Source of the DNA: an uncultured Peptococcaceae bacterium
GTDB taxonomy: Bacteria; Bacillota; Peptococcia; Peptococcales; Peptococcaceae
Assembly: GCA_902492275.1 (NCBI GenBank)
Contig: CABUKW010000003.1
Coordinates: 6,756-70,755, forward strand
Length of the DNA stretch: 64,000 bases
Reading direction: 5' to 3'
Shown piece by piece: positions 34,908-44,952 of this stretch; the first letter of the stretch is position 1; every line of letters begins with the position of its first letter. The notes under the pieces were generated by a model. The model was not told where the DNA came from, ran no database searches, and saw only the letters and a program-made list of their open reading frames with translations. Made by a program: the position numbers and the translations under genes.

Positions 34908-35849
34908 ATGTTACGATTAGAACAGTTGGAATATTTACAAGCAGTTGCGAGATTTAATTCTGTCAAATTAGCGGCAGAGGCGTTATTAGTGGCTCCATCA
35001 ACAATTAGTACTTCGTTGCATAAAATTGAAAAAGAAACAGATATTAAAATCTTGTTACGTACACATCATGGCGTGGAATTGACAGAAACGGCTAGGGAGA
35101 TTGCAGAAAAGGCAGAAGAAGTATTTGCTAAAATGGACGAAATTGACAAAATTATAGAAAAGCATAATATGAATCGTCGTATAGTACAAAATGAAAATGA
35201 CAATATAATAAAATTGTATATGTCACGTGGATATTATCAGGGATCTTTGGGCATGTTTTTTGAGTTGTTTGAAAAATATGGATTGCAAGTTGATTATCCA
35301 GATATATCTCGTGGAAATGAAACATATTTAAAATACGTGGATTCTGAACGGGATACGGTACTTTTAAATTATTTTGTGGAGCCAGTACGGGGACTGCTTG
35401 AAGAATTCCCTAATGTCGAATGTATAAGGCTGAATTCATCACGCCCTTGTATTATTTGTTCTACGGAGTATCCTTTAGCTGTAAAAAATGTGAATGAAAT
35501 TACCGTAAAAGAGGCACTGCAATTACCATTTTTAATGTTTAACGAGGGGTATGATTTAGCGTTACCAATTTATGAGTGGCTGGAAGAACAAGGGGAAATA
35601 AATATTGTGGGGAAATATTCCAATATTACAGTAATGTCAACAATGATGGAAAAAGGAAAAGGGGTATCGGTAACTACGGAAAAAGAAATGATAGGAACTT
35701 TGACAGTATCAAATGATTTGTCAACGCCTAAATTTCGCATAGTGCCAATCAAGTGTGATATGCGTATTTCATTGCTTCTGTGTTTTAATCGGCGAATCGC
35801 ACAGGAACGGCGAAAAATATTACGTCAAATTGCAAAAGAATTTGGCTGA
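34908..35849 (+). CDS. LysR-family transcriptional regulator
   Basis: 313 aa; MLRLEQLEYLQAVARFNSVKLAAEALLVAPSTISTSLHKIE HTH; AT-rich codon usage. Confidence 0.8.
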   Translation: MLRLEQLEYLQAVARFNSVKLAAEALLVAPSTISTSLHKIEKETDIKILLRTHHGVELTETAREIAEKAEEVFAKMDEIDKIIEKHNMNRRIVQNENDNIIKLYMSRGYYQGSLGMFFELFEKYGLQVDYPDISRGNETYLKYVDSERDTVLLNYFVEPVRGLLEEFPNVECIRLNSSRPCIICSTEYPLAVKNVNEITVKEALQLPFLMFNEGYDLALPIYEWLEEQGEINIVGKYSNITVMSTMMEKGKGVSVTTEKEMIGTLTVSNDLSTPKFRIVPIKCDMRISLLLCFNRRIAQERRKILRQIAKEFG

Positions 35850-36069
35850 ATCGGTTATAGGATGGCAGTGTAACAAAATAATTTGTTGCACTGCCATTTT
35901 TATTTTGCGTTCACATCAATTTAGGAAAATTGAATTGAGCTGCAGTCAATACAAAATAATTAGTTTGATTTATATATTGCATAAGATATGCTAGAGATAA
36001 GCAGACAATGTTTGTAACTACAGAATCGCTTAGTATACAGAAAGTGTTTATGAAAGGATATGGTGTAGC

Positions 36070-36819
36070 ATGGTATTAGAAAATAAGATTGCATTAGTAA
36101 CAGGAGGCAGCGCTGGTATGGGTAAAGCAATTGTATTGAAATATCTGCAAGAAGGTGCAATAGTAGTTACAACAGCGCGGCATAAAGAAAGGTTAGATAA
36201 GCTTATAGAATTGACAGATAAAAAAGACAGGTTGTTTCTAGTAAAGAGTGATATGGGTAATAAGGAGGATATAGATTCTTTACTGCGTTTTATACAGGGA
36301 CAGTTTGGTCGATTAGATATCTTAGTCAATAATGCTGGTATTATGGATGGTATGGAGCCAGTGTCAGATGTGTCAGATGCAGTATGGCAGAAGTTATTGG
36401 ATATCAACCTAACAGGACCGTTTATGCTATGTCGTGGTGCAGTAAAAATGATGCTGGCACAGGAAGAAAAAGGCGTAATTATCAATGTAGCTTCTGGTGG
36501 GGGTATTGGTGGCGGAAGAGCCGGCGCTGCATATACAGCCTCTAAGTTTGGTTTGGTAGGTTTGAGCCGTAATATTGCTTATATGTATGGCCCTGATGGG
36601 ATTCGTTGTAATGTGATTTGTCCTGGCGGCGTAGCGACGGAAATAGAAATGGAAAATGTCAATGAAGTAGGCTGGCAACGAGTTGCAAAAGGAACACAAG
36701 CTATCCGTATAGGACAGCCAGAAGAAATTGCTGATTTAGCACTGTATTTGGCTTCGCCGTATGCCACATTATTGAATGGTGCAATTATTACAGCAGATGC
36801 TGGTCGTTCTGCTTGGTAA
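36070..36819 (+). CDS. Short-chain dehydrogenase/reductase
   Basis: LENKIALVTGGSAGMGKAI, NNAG, YTASKFG. Confidence 0.85.
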   Translation: MVLENKIALVTGGSAGMGKAIVLKYLQEGAIVVTTARHKERLDKLIELTDKKDRLFLVKSDMGNKEDIDSLLRFIQGQFGRLDILVNNAGIMDGMEPVSDVSDAVWQKLLDINLTGPFMLCRGAVKMMLAQEEKGVIINVASGGGIGGGRAGAAYTASKFGLVGLSRNIAYMYGPDGIRCNVICPGGVATEIEMENVNEVGWQRVAKGTQAIRIGQPEEIADLALYLASPYATLLNGAIITADAGRSAW

Positions 36820-37043
36820 TAGTCAATTCAATTAAATTGAATTGATGACATGTAAGTTCAAGTCATAAATATTGTTTTTGTGTTCTATAAACGTTAATAT
36901 TGATTTGTAAGATAAATCTCCATAAATCGCTTGAGCGAAAAAAGTTTCGGCCGAAACGGGTGGATGGATTCTTGGCATAAAAGTAAATAAGTAAAGTTGA
37001 TACAGATATATAAATTAGATGTGTATGTTGAGGAGGAATTACG

Positions 37044-39155
37044 ATGGGTTTGAAAAGAGCAATGGTAATTGGTTTAGATGCAGCCGATCCTGTGCAGATT
37101 AGAAGACTGATGGATGAAGGCAAGATGCCGAACTTGAAAAAATTGTTAGAAAACGGCACTGCCAATGAAAATTTGGCGATGATTGGTTGCTTGCCTAGTG
37201 TAACTCCGCCAAACTGGTGCTCCATTGCAACAGGCGCGTGGCCGCGTACGCATGGGATTACCTGCTATAATAATACGACTTTAGGGCAGAGCTTGACATT
37301 AGAAGAAGTAAACTGGACAAGCGCCAATGTAACAGCAGAGTATATTTGGGAGCAGTTTGATAAGGAAGATAAGCGTAGTATTGTGTTAAGTTATTGCGGT
37401 GCATGGCCACCGCGGAAAAGCTACCATGATAAATCTGTAATCATTGACGGTTCTGGTGTTGTACCATTCCTGCGCTGCGCTTTAGACTATCAGAAGGTAA
37501 TCACGATGGAAGAAGGGGATTTCCCGATGGAATATACCCCTCATGTCATTAAAAGCGACAATAAAGATTGTATTATCATGGGTGACCAGTATGAGGAAAT
37601 GAAAAAACAATCCATGAAAACAGAACGCAGTGATTTAGTTGCTTGGGCTATGCCGGAGGGTGTTATGGCATATCCTGCTGGTATTGAGGATGTAGAAGAC
37701 AGCAAACACGATGAAGAGCATGCAGAAGCATATAAGCCGACAAAGGCGGACAAGCTGCGTACAGCATTGAAGGAGCCTAGAAATTGGAGTTTTGAATTGC
37801 CGGAAGGTGCGAAAGAAGCAACCATTATGTTGGCCAAAAATACGGTACGGCGGTTTGCAGTTGTAACGGCTTCCGACGGCGTTCAGTATGACACAGTTAC
37901 CATTTACAAAAATAAAAAGACAAAAGAACCTTTAGGCTCTGTAACAGGAGAAGGCAATTGGTCTGAATTTATGTACGACTACATGATTAAAGATGATGTA
38001 GAACATAAAGTGGCGTACAAAATTAATCTGGTGGAAATGGCTGAAGACGGCAGCAAGGGGGTTCTGTACTGGTCCTATGCAACGGATATGGACAATTTGG
38101 ACTATTTCTACCCAAGAGAAATGGGGCGTAAATTGTATGACGAAGTGGGACCGATGGTGCAGTTTGGCTCTGTAGATATTCGCGGTGATCATAAAGAAAA
38201 TGATAAAATTGTCTTTGAGACCTATGCAAAAGAAGGGTGCGAATGGTTTGCCAATGCGGCGCACTGGCTGTTTAAAGAATATCCAGACTGGCAGCTGTTT
38301 TATGTACACATTCATTCTATCGACAATTTCCAGCACTGGTTTGTAAATGATTGTGTGCCGGAGAGAAATCCAGAGCATCAGTATTATCAAGATTTAATTG
38401 ATGCTGTTTACACTGAAAATGATAAATTTATCGGCGAAATGATGAAATATTTAGATGGCGATACATCTATCATTGTAACTTCCGACCATGGGTGTATGCC
38501 AAAGAGTGCTGGCGATGAATATGAAATCGGTTCTATCAGTGGGACATCTACAAAAGTAATGAGCAAATTGGGATATACTGTAACCTATCGGGACGAAACA
38601 GGGAAACTTCAAATTGATTGGAGTAAAACAAAAGCTGTCGCAAAACGTTCTTCGTATATTCATGTGAATTTAAAGGGCAGAGATCCTGAAGGCATCGTAG
38701 AACCAGAGGAGTATCATCAGTTAGTACTGGATATTATCAGTGATTTATACAATTATCGCAACGAAGACGGTAAGCGTGTGATTGCGCATGCATTTACCCG
38801 TGACGAAATGGAATATCTGGGCATGGGCGGTATTCACTGTGGGGACATTTTATATCAACTGGTACCGACTTTCAACAATGAACACGCAAATGTTATGAGT
38901 ACCGTTCATCACGAAGGCTGGTCTATGCAAAACCTGTGTATTATGGGCGGTGCAGCCTTTAAGAAGGGTGGATTTATTGATAGAAGTGTTCGTATTACGG
39001 ATATTGTGCCAACCGTTTGCCACATTACAGATACCGGAATGTCCGGCAGTGTAGAAGGCGGCGTGATTTATCAGGCCTTAGAAGGTTTTGAAGAAGCAAA
39101 ATATGAACGCGGTGATGAGTGGGCTTATCCAACAGGGAAACGTCTGATTAAGTAA
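37044..39155 (+). CDS. Alkaline-phosphatase-superfamily protein (type I phosphodiesterase/nucleotide pyrophosphatase-like)
   Basis: 703 aa; VIGLDAADP...LPSVTPPNWCSIATG...; later TSDHG motif. Confidence 0.65.
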   Translation: MGLKRAMVIGLDAADPVQIRRLMDEGKMPNLKKLLENGTANENLAMIGCLPSVTPPNWCSIATGAWPRTHGITCYNNTTLGQSLTLEEVNWTSANVTAEYIWEQFDKEDKRSIVLSYCGAWPPRKSYHDKSVIIDGSGVVPFLRCALDYQKVITMEEGDFPMEYTPHVIKSDNKDCIIMGDQYEEMKKQSMKTERSDLVAWAMPEGVMAYPAGIEDVEDSKHDEEHAEAYKPTKADKLRTALKEPRNWSFELPEGAKEATIMLAKNTVRRFAVVTASDGVQYDTVTIYKNKKTKEPLGSVTGEGNWSEFMYDYMIKDDVEHKVAYKINLVEMAEDGSKGVLYWSYATDMDNLDYFYPREMGRKLYDEVGPMVQFGSVDIRGDHKENDKIVFETYAKEGCEWFANAAHWLFKEYPDWQLFYVHIHSIDNFQHWFVNDCVPERNPEHQYYQDLIDAVYTENDKFIGEMMKYLDGDTSIIVTSDHGCMPKSAGDEYEIGSISGTSTKVMSKLGYTVTYRDETGKLQIDWSKTKAVAKRSSYIHVNLKGRDPEGIVEPEEYHQLVLDIISDLYNYRNEDGKRVIAHAFTRDEMEYLGMGGIHCGDILYQLVPTFNNEHANVMSTVHHEGWSMQNLCIMGGAAFKKGGFIDRSVRITDIVPTVCHITDTGMSGSVEGGVIYQALEGFEEAKYERGDEWAYPTGKRLIK

Positions 39156-39279
39156 ATGAAAGCAGGTTATTCCTCTTAAGTGGAAAAAATGGTGCCATAC
39201 AGAAACATTGTTTCCATATATGTTTTGTATGGCATCTCTTTCCAAAGGAAAAGACCGGAGCGGAAGGGATGAAACGAAG

Positions 39280-40086
39280 ATGAAGCTGATAGAGGCCAGA
39301 GATTTATCCCATAAGCAGGGCAGCAAATTTTTATTACAGGGAATTAATTGGGATGTAAATGAGAACGAGCATTGGATCGTATTTGGAGCCAATGGTTGCG
39401 GAAAAACGACGTTGTTGAGCGCAGTGGCTGGATATCGTTCCTATAGCAAAGGGGAAGTGAAGTTGTTTGGCGAGCGGCTTTCCAGAGAGAATGCGGTTTT
39501 GCTGCGACGTTCTATAGGCTTTGTCAGTGCTTCCTATATGGACCGCTGTTTTCGACATGAAAGTGGCTTGGATATTGTACTAAGTGCCAAGTTTGGCGGT
39601 TTTGGCCGCCGCCTGAAAATTACAGATGCCGATGCTCGAAAAGCCATGCAGTTATTACACGCATTTGGAATTGCAGGGAAAGCCAATTATCCTTATGATA
39701 TGCTTTCTCAAGGACAACGGCAAAAGGTGTTACTAGCACGGGCTTTGATGGTGCCGCCACGCTTATTACTATTGGACGAGCCGGTAAATGGATTGGACAT
39801 AGTATCAAGAAATTTTTTCCTCAATACCCTTCAGGAAATCATAGCCACAGAAAACACCAGTGTGGTATATGTGACGCATCATGTGGAAGAAATCCTGCCA
39901 TTTTATACGAAAGCATTGTTGTTGAAAGATGGAAAGATGTATATGCAGGGCAACATAAAAGAAGTATTTTCCGACAAAAATATGACAGACTTTTTTGGTT
40001 ATTCGACGAGAGCAGAGTGGCAAGGAGAACAGTTGCATCTTGTCATTGGAAAGGAACTGCGAATGCCGAAAGAAATATGGGCGTAA
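39280..40086 (+). CDS. Stand-alone ABC-type ATPase (ModF/YlmA-like)
   Basis: MKLIEARDLSH..., Walker A GANGCGKTT, signature LSQGQRQ, Walker B LLLLDEP. No cognate ABC permease or binding protein nearby. Confidence 0.75.
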   Translation: MKLIEARDLSHKQGSKFLLQGINWDVNENEHWIVFGANGCGKTTLLSAVAGYRSYSKGEVKLFGERLSRENAVLLRRSIGFVSASYMDRCFRHESGLDIVLSAKFGGFGRRLKITDADARKAMQLLHAFGIAGKANYPYDMLSQGQRQKVLLARALMVPPRLLLLDEPVNGLDIVSRNFFLNTLQEIIATENTSVVYVTHHVEEILPFYTKALLLKDGKMYMQGNIKEVFSDKNMTDFFGYSTRAEWQGEQLHLVIGKELRMPKEIWA

Positions 40087-40096
40087 AGGAAGCAAC

Positions 40097-40525
40097 ATGG
40101 AGGAAAGAAGAATGAGCATTATCAGTAATTATTCAGGCTATGGTGTTACTTCAAAAGAAGATATTGATTCGTTAACAGTCCGCAGTAAACGATGTGTTTG
40201 CAAAAAATGCGGAGGTCCGTTAACGACAAGTCTTATGATTTATGACATTTACGGAGGGTCTGGAGTAGAGTTATATTGTCCTAAATGTCAACAAAGTGAA
40301 TTTGGGATAGAGCCGGAAATTTATGAAATGGCGCAGTATTATGTAGAGAACTTTCAGTTTAATTATTTTTTAGATATGGAAGAGAATGATCTGAACGAAC
40401 AATTGAACATTGCAAAAGTAGCAGACATGTTAAGTTGGATACTGAAAAATCTTGGCTTATTAGATGGAAACGGGTTGAAAGAATTGATTCCCGATTACAG
40501 ATTTTACGAACGGTTGCACCGTTGA
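40097..40525 (+). CDS. Zinc-ribbon-containing hypothetical protein
   Basis: CVCKKCGG...CPKCQQ pair; ATG at 40097 after AAAGGAAG. Confidence 0.5.
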   Translation: MEERRMSIISNYSGYGVTSKEDIDSLTVRSKRCVCKKCGGPLTTSLMIYDIYGGSGVELYCPKCQQSEFGIEPEIYEMAQYYVENFQFNYFLDMEENDLNEQLNIAKVADMLSWILKNLGLLDGNGLKELIPDYRFYERLHR

Positions 40526-40594
40526 ATTAAAAAAATCAATTTTAAAAATAGATATGAGGGTTGTTTGATTTGGTTGTTAGTAAGGGGGAGATTT

Positions 40595-42082
40595 ATGGTT
40601 GCAGAAGTTCAAATAAAAACCAATAATTTGAAAAAATATATTCACCCGTGTATTGTTATATTTTTTATGCTAATCGGACATGTTATTCCGGCTCCTGAAC
40701 CAGTTACACCTTTGGGCATACAGGTTCTATGTACATTTGTTGGCATGATTTGGGGTTGGAGTACTTGTAGCATGTTGTGGCCGAGTTTATTAGGCGTCGT
40801 TATGCTGGGATTTACCGAGTATACGGCAACGCCGGAAACCGCTTTGGGATTATTATTGACGAATACTACTTTTATAGCGTCATTGGTTGGCTTTATTTTA
40901 TTTGCCTATATCAATGAGACAAACTTGTTAGATGTTGTGGCAACCTGGTTAGTTACAAGAAAATTTGCAGCGGGTAAGCCGTGGGTATTTATGACATTTT
41001 TATTTTTCGCCCTAGCAGTTGTTGCTCCTTTTATCGGGAATCCGATTTTGTTAATTATTTTGGGTATGAGTTTTGTTGGTCCGGTGTTAAAGAAAATGGG
41101 CTATACGAAGAATGATGCGTTGCCAACTTACATGATGCTTGGAATTTCTTTGAGCGGCTTATTTTCTGTGTGGCCATTCTTTATGCCAGGATCGATTTAT
41201 ACGAGAGGGATTATTTCAACTGCAGTTGGTGGTGCAATGATTACAGGGTTCCAATATACTATGTGTATTGTAATCCCGATGGTATTTTCTCTTGTGTTGT
41301 TCTTGTTATCGGGAAAATTTGTTGTTCGGATTGATACGAAAAGGTTTCAAGAAGGATCACAGGTATTGTTAGAGACTGGCGATGGAAACAAAATTACGTT
41401 AAATTCAAATCAAAAGCACGGAGCAATTGTGTTGGCAGTATTCTGTATTGCGATGTTAATTCCTTCTGTCTTACCTGCAAGCTGGGCATTTACAGCTATA
41501 TTTAGTAAAGCGGGAATTGTCGGTGTTTGTGTAATCTTAACAGTAGCGATTCTGATTTTATGTAAAGAAGATGGAGAGCCGTTTGCTAATTTTACAAAAT
41601 TAATGTCCGGTGTCAGTTGGGACATGGTCATGCTGACCGGTGGTATTATGGTAATTGCAGCGGCATTGATTTCTGAAGGAACAGGGATCATTGCATTTCT
41701 ATCCGCAATTGTCATTCCGATGTTGAGTAAAATGTCGCTGGTCGCTTTTGTAATAGCAGTGTGTTTGATTATGTGTATTATGAGCCAGTTTTCTATGAAC
41801 ATGGTGCTGCAAATGGTATTTGCTCCGATTTTGGCTCCAATCTTGGCCGCGGCTGGGTATAATCCAATGATTGCGGTCATGGCAGTATATTTTGGTACGC
41901 AATGGGCATATTTAGCTCCATCTGGCAGCATGATGGCTGCGATGGTATTTGGAAACACGGAATGGGTGGATAAGAAGCAACTTTATAAAATATGTGTTCC
42001 GTGGATTATATTTTCTATTATAATGTCTATAGTCGTAAGCTTGACTTTCCCTGATATATTTTGTGGGAATCTGATTCTTTAG
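40595..42082 (+). CDS. Polytopic permease (ArsB/NhaD- or DASS-like anion permease superfamily)
   Basis: About 495 aa, more than 12 TM segments; ATG at 40595 after AGGGGGAG. Confidence 0.55.
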   Translation: MVAEVQIKTNNLKKYIHPCIVIFFMLIGHVIPAPEPVTPLGIQVLCTFVGMIWGWSTCSMLWPSLLGVVMLGFTEYTATPETALGLLLTNTTFIASLVGFILFAYINETNLLDVVATWLVTRKFAAGKPWVFMTFLFFALAVVAPFIGNPILLIILGMSFVGPVLKKMGYTKNDALPTYMMLGISLSGLFSVWPFFMPGSIYTRGIISTAVGGAMITGFQYTMCIVIPMVFSLVLFLLSGKFVVRIDTKRFQEGSQVLLETGDGNKITLNSNQKHGAIVLAVFCIAMLIPSVLPASWAFTAIFSKAGIVGVCVILTVAILILCKEDGEPFANFTKLMSGVSWDMVMLTGGIMVIAAALISEGTGIIAFLSAIVIPMLSKMSLVAFVIAVCLIMCIMSQFSMNMVLQMVFAPILAPILAAAGYNPMIAVMAVYFGTQWAYLAPSGSMMAAMVFGNTEWVDKKQLYKICVPWIIFSIIMSIVVSLTFPDIFCGNLIL

Positions 42083-42118
42083 GTGTATTATGCTATCCTG
42101 AATTTTTAAGATTACAAT

Positions 42119-42156
42119 AAAACGCGGTTTCTTTATTTTAAAGATAACCGCGTTTT
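42119..42156. terminator. Bidirectional intrinsic terminator between convergent genes
   Basis: aaaacgcggtt-loop-aaccgcgtttt. Confidence 0.8.
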
Positions 42157-42160
42157 GTAG

Positions 42161-43564
42161 TTATATTGTACTTTTACTCATTTCTGCTTTACTGCGGAAA
42201 AATTTCAGTGCAATGGGGATAATGGCGAGCAATAGCAAACAGGATACCGTCATCATTAGATTGGTGGTGGAGGTATAGGCGAACGCCAGGCTTTCCGGTG
42301 AAGAATCGGTAACGGCTGCGATACGCAAATCGGCAATATTACCGGCGACACCTACAATGAGCGCATTCAACATTTGATGGAACCAGTTGGTCAATGACGA
42401 TGCATGACCTGATAATTCCGGCGGTACGCTGGACATTTGCGCGTTGGTAGCTACCAAATTGATGGCGCCCATACCGCAGGAGCGCACGCACATAGCTAAA
42501 ATAATGAATAAGATGGGTGTAGTAGGTACGGCAGTTAAGAATGGTGCAGAGCCTATCAATAAAATGATAATACCCAGTACCATCAGATTTTTTTCGCCCA
42601 ATTTAGGATAAAAGGCAGTAGCAATTGGCATAATGATAATGGCAATTAAAGAAGTTGGCAGCATAATCATGCCGGTTGCCAGTGGTGATACACCTAAGCC
42701 GCTTTGCAGGAACAGCGGCATCAAAAATGTAATCATATATAATGCAATGGAATTCATGCCGCCGGCGATTAACGCTGCGACGTAACGGCGGAATTTTAAG
42801 ACACTCAAGTTCAGCAGGGTGTCAGAACGGTTGTGGCTGCGGATGATATAAGCGGCCAGACAGGCGAGACCCAGAAAAATGCCAAGCAGTAATTTCAAGG
42901 AGAAGCCCCAATTGGACAAATTGCTGAAGGTAAACAGTAAGATTAAACTGCCCATAGAAGTTAGTGCCAGGCCAGGGAAATCTAGGCGCGCATTGCTTTT
43001 GCTGGTGTCTTTCTGCAATAGCTTTAATGTCAAAAACAGTGCCAGCACGATAAAAGGAATATTGAACAAAAGTAAAAATCGCCAATCGGCTACACTGAGA
43101 ATAATACCAGAGAGTACCGATGGCAGCATACCGCCTACCATATTGGCCATTCCCCAGGTGCTGGCGGCTTGGGCTTGCTGACTGGCAGGTAAGGCCTGGT
43201 ATAGCATCGCCAATGATAGCGGCGATAAAAGGCCGCCTGTCAGCCCTAGGAAAAAGCGAGCCACAATTAATAGTTCAATGCACCAAGCCAATGCACCGAC
43301 AATAGAGAGCGCTAAGACGCAGCAAAGTGCCAAACAAAAAATGCGTTTGTAACCGAAGCGGTCACCTAAAAATCCGGCGGCGGGAATAATCATGCCGGCA
43401 GCCAACATGTATCCAGAAGTGAGCCACTGTACCGTGGCTAACGGCGCATCAAAATAGGACATCATAGTTGGCAGCGCTACATTAAACATGGTAATGTTGA
43501 GTGTGCCGATGACAGCGCCTAAACCTAATGTAAGCAGGAGTAAAAATGTGTGTGCTTGTTTCAA
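42161..43564 (-). CDS. MFS transporter, DHA2 (EmrB/QacA-like, 14-TM) family
   Basis: 467 aa; LGAVIGTLNITMFNVALPTM, GFLGDRFGYKR. Confidence 0.8.
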   Translation of the reverse strand: MKQAHTFLLLLTLGLGAVIGTLNITMFNVALPTMMSYFDAPLATVQWLTSGYMLAAGMIIPAAGFLGDRFGYKRIFCLALCCVLALSIVGALAWCIELLIVARFFLGLTGGLLSPLSLAMLYQALPASQQAQAASTWGMANMVGGMLPSVLSGIILSVADWRFLLLFNIPFIVLALFLTLKLLQKDTSKSNARLDFPGLALTSMGSLILLFTFSNLSNWGFSLKLLLGIFLGLACLAAYIIRSHNRSDTLLNLSVLKFRRYVAALIAGGMNSIALYMITFLMPLFLQSGLGVSPLATGMIMLPTSLIAIIIMPIATAFYPKLGEKNLMVLGIIILLIGSAPFLTAVPTTPILFIILAMCVRSCGMGAINLVATNAQMSSVPPELSGHASSLTNWFHQMLNALIVGVAGNIADLRIAAVTDSSPESLAFAYTSTTNLMMTVSCLLLLAIIPIALKFFRSKAEMSKSTI

Positions 43565-43790
43565 AATAAATCCCTTCTTTGTGTAGTAATTTTATGATTC
43601 AGGTAATTTACTTTTTATGATAACAGTCTATAAGAAAATATTGTAACAGAAAAAAATTTCATCGAAATTTTATAAGGTACAAAAAATATGTGTGACAAGT
43701 AATATTTTATTTTGTAATGAGGAATGAAGATGGAGCCGTTATGGATGGAGTTGTAGTAATGGTGACCATCACAAAAATAACAAACAAATA

Positions 43791-43829
43791 AAAATATTCC
43801 GCATGACAATAACTTCATGCGGAATATTT
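43791..43829. terminator. Intrinsic terminator after degV-like gene (hairpin with A/T runs on both sides)
   Basis: tattccgcatg-loop-catgcggaata flanked by aaaa and ttttt. Confidence 0.7.
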
Positions 43830-44666
43830 TTATTTGGTGATATAGGCAAAGCCAATGGCGCCAGGGCCAATGTGGGTGCCGACTGTACTGCCTAAATCGC
43901 AGTAAAGATAGTCATTGTTTGGCAGGAATGCATCTAAAGCTTGCACCATTTCGTCGCGGCCTTCCAGGTTGACAGAGTGGGAGAAGACAACGGGATAGCG
44001 TTCATCGGCGGGCTCCTTTTCTAAATGCTGCGCCATCCAGCGGAGCGCTGCTTTGTGACCGCGCACTTTGCCGACAACTTCTACTCTTCCGTTTATCAGG
44101 GAAATGATTGGTGTAATACCTAAAATTCCACCGATTTTAGCGGTAGCTGCAGAAACACGGCCACCCATTTGCAGATATTTCATCGTTTTCATGCAAGCAA
44201 TTAAGCAGATTCTTTCGTTTAACGCAGTAAGCTGTTCCGCTATTTGCTGAGCGGGTAAGCCTTGTTCCCGCAAACGCACCGCAATTTGCACCAGCAGATG
44301 TTGGCCTAATGCGGCATTTAGGCTGTCTACCAGATAAATCTTATCCGTTTGCAGCATTTGTTTGGCCGTTAGTGCAGATTGATAGGTGCCGCTGAGTTGA
44401 CTGGACAAAAGAATCATAACAATTTCATCGCCGGCTTCCAGATATGGCTGAAAGGTCTGACAAAATTGAAATGGCGTGATTTGCGATGTGGTTGGCAATT
44501 TATCAACAGTTTCCAATTTGTTATAAAATTCAGTCACCGATAAATTTTGCCGGTCCAGGTATTCGGTTTCACCAAACGAGATGTGAATGGGGATAACATC
44601 CACTTGTAGTTGCGCGGCGGCTTCTAAATCTAAATCACCGCTGCTGTCAGTTATGATACGAATCAA
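43830..44666 (-). CDS. DegV-family fatty-acid-binding protein
   Basis: TTG start at 44666 after GGAGG gives (M)IRIITDSSGDL...; typical DegV N-terminus. Confidence 0.8.
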   Translation of the reverse strand: MIRIITDSSGDLDLEAAAQLQVDVIPIHISFGETEYLDRQNLSVTEFYNKLETVDKLPTTSQITPFQFCQTFQPYLEAGDEIVMILLSSQLSGTYQSALTAKQMLQTDKIYLVDSLNAALGQHLLVQIAVRLREQGLPAQQIAEQLTALNERICLIACMKTMKYLQMGGRVSAATAKIGGILGITPIISLINGRVEVVGKVRGHKAALRWMAQHLEKEPADERYPVVFSHSVNLEGRDEMVQALDAFLPNNDYLYCDLGSTVGTHIGPGAIGFAYITK

Positions 44667-44952
44667 AATAAAACCTCCGATATATATTTCTACTGCGTTC
44701 AATTTGTTGTTTCATCCGATATCCCCAACCTATCGGCCAAGACAGTGCAAAAAATTTTGCGGCAGCAGAAAAAGGATATAAAAGTAATAATAATCAATAT
44801 ATTTCCTAAGTGTCAACTGTCATGTATAAATTTTTGCAGTTTGTAACTAAATCAAAAAAATATTTATACAGAAACCTAAAAGACAATGGTTTATTTCTTT
44901 TTTGTGATATCGTAAAATAAAAAGCAGACTTTTTGACGGGGGATTTTGTGAT

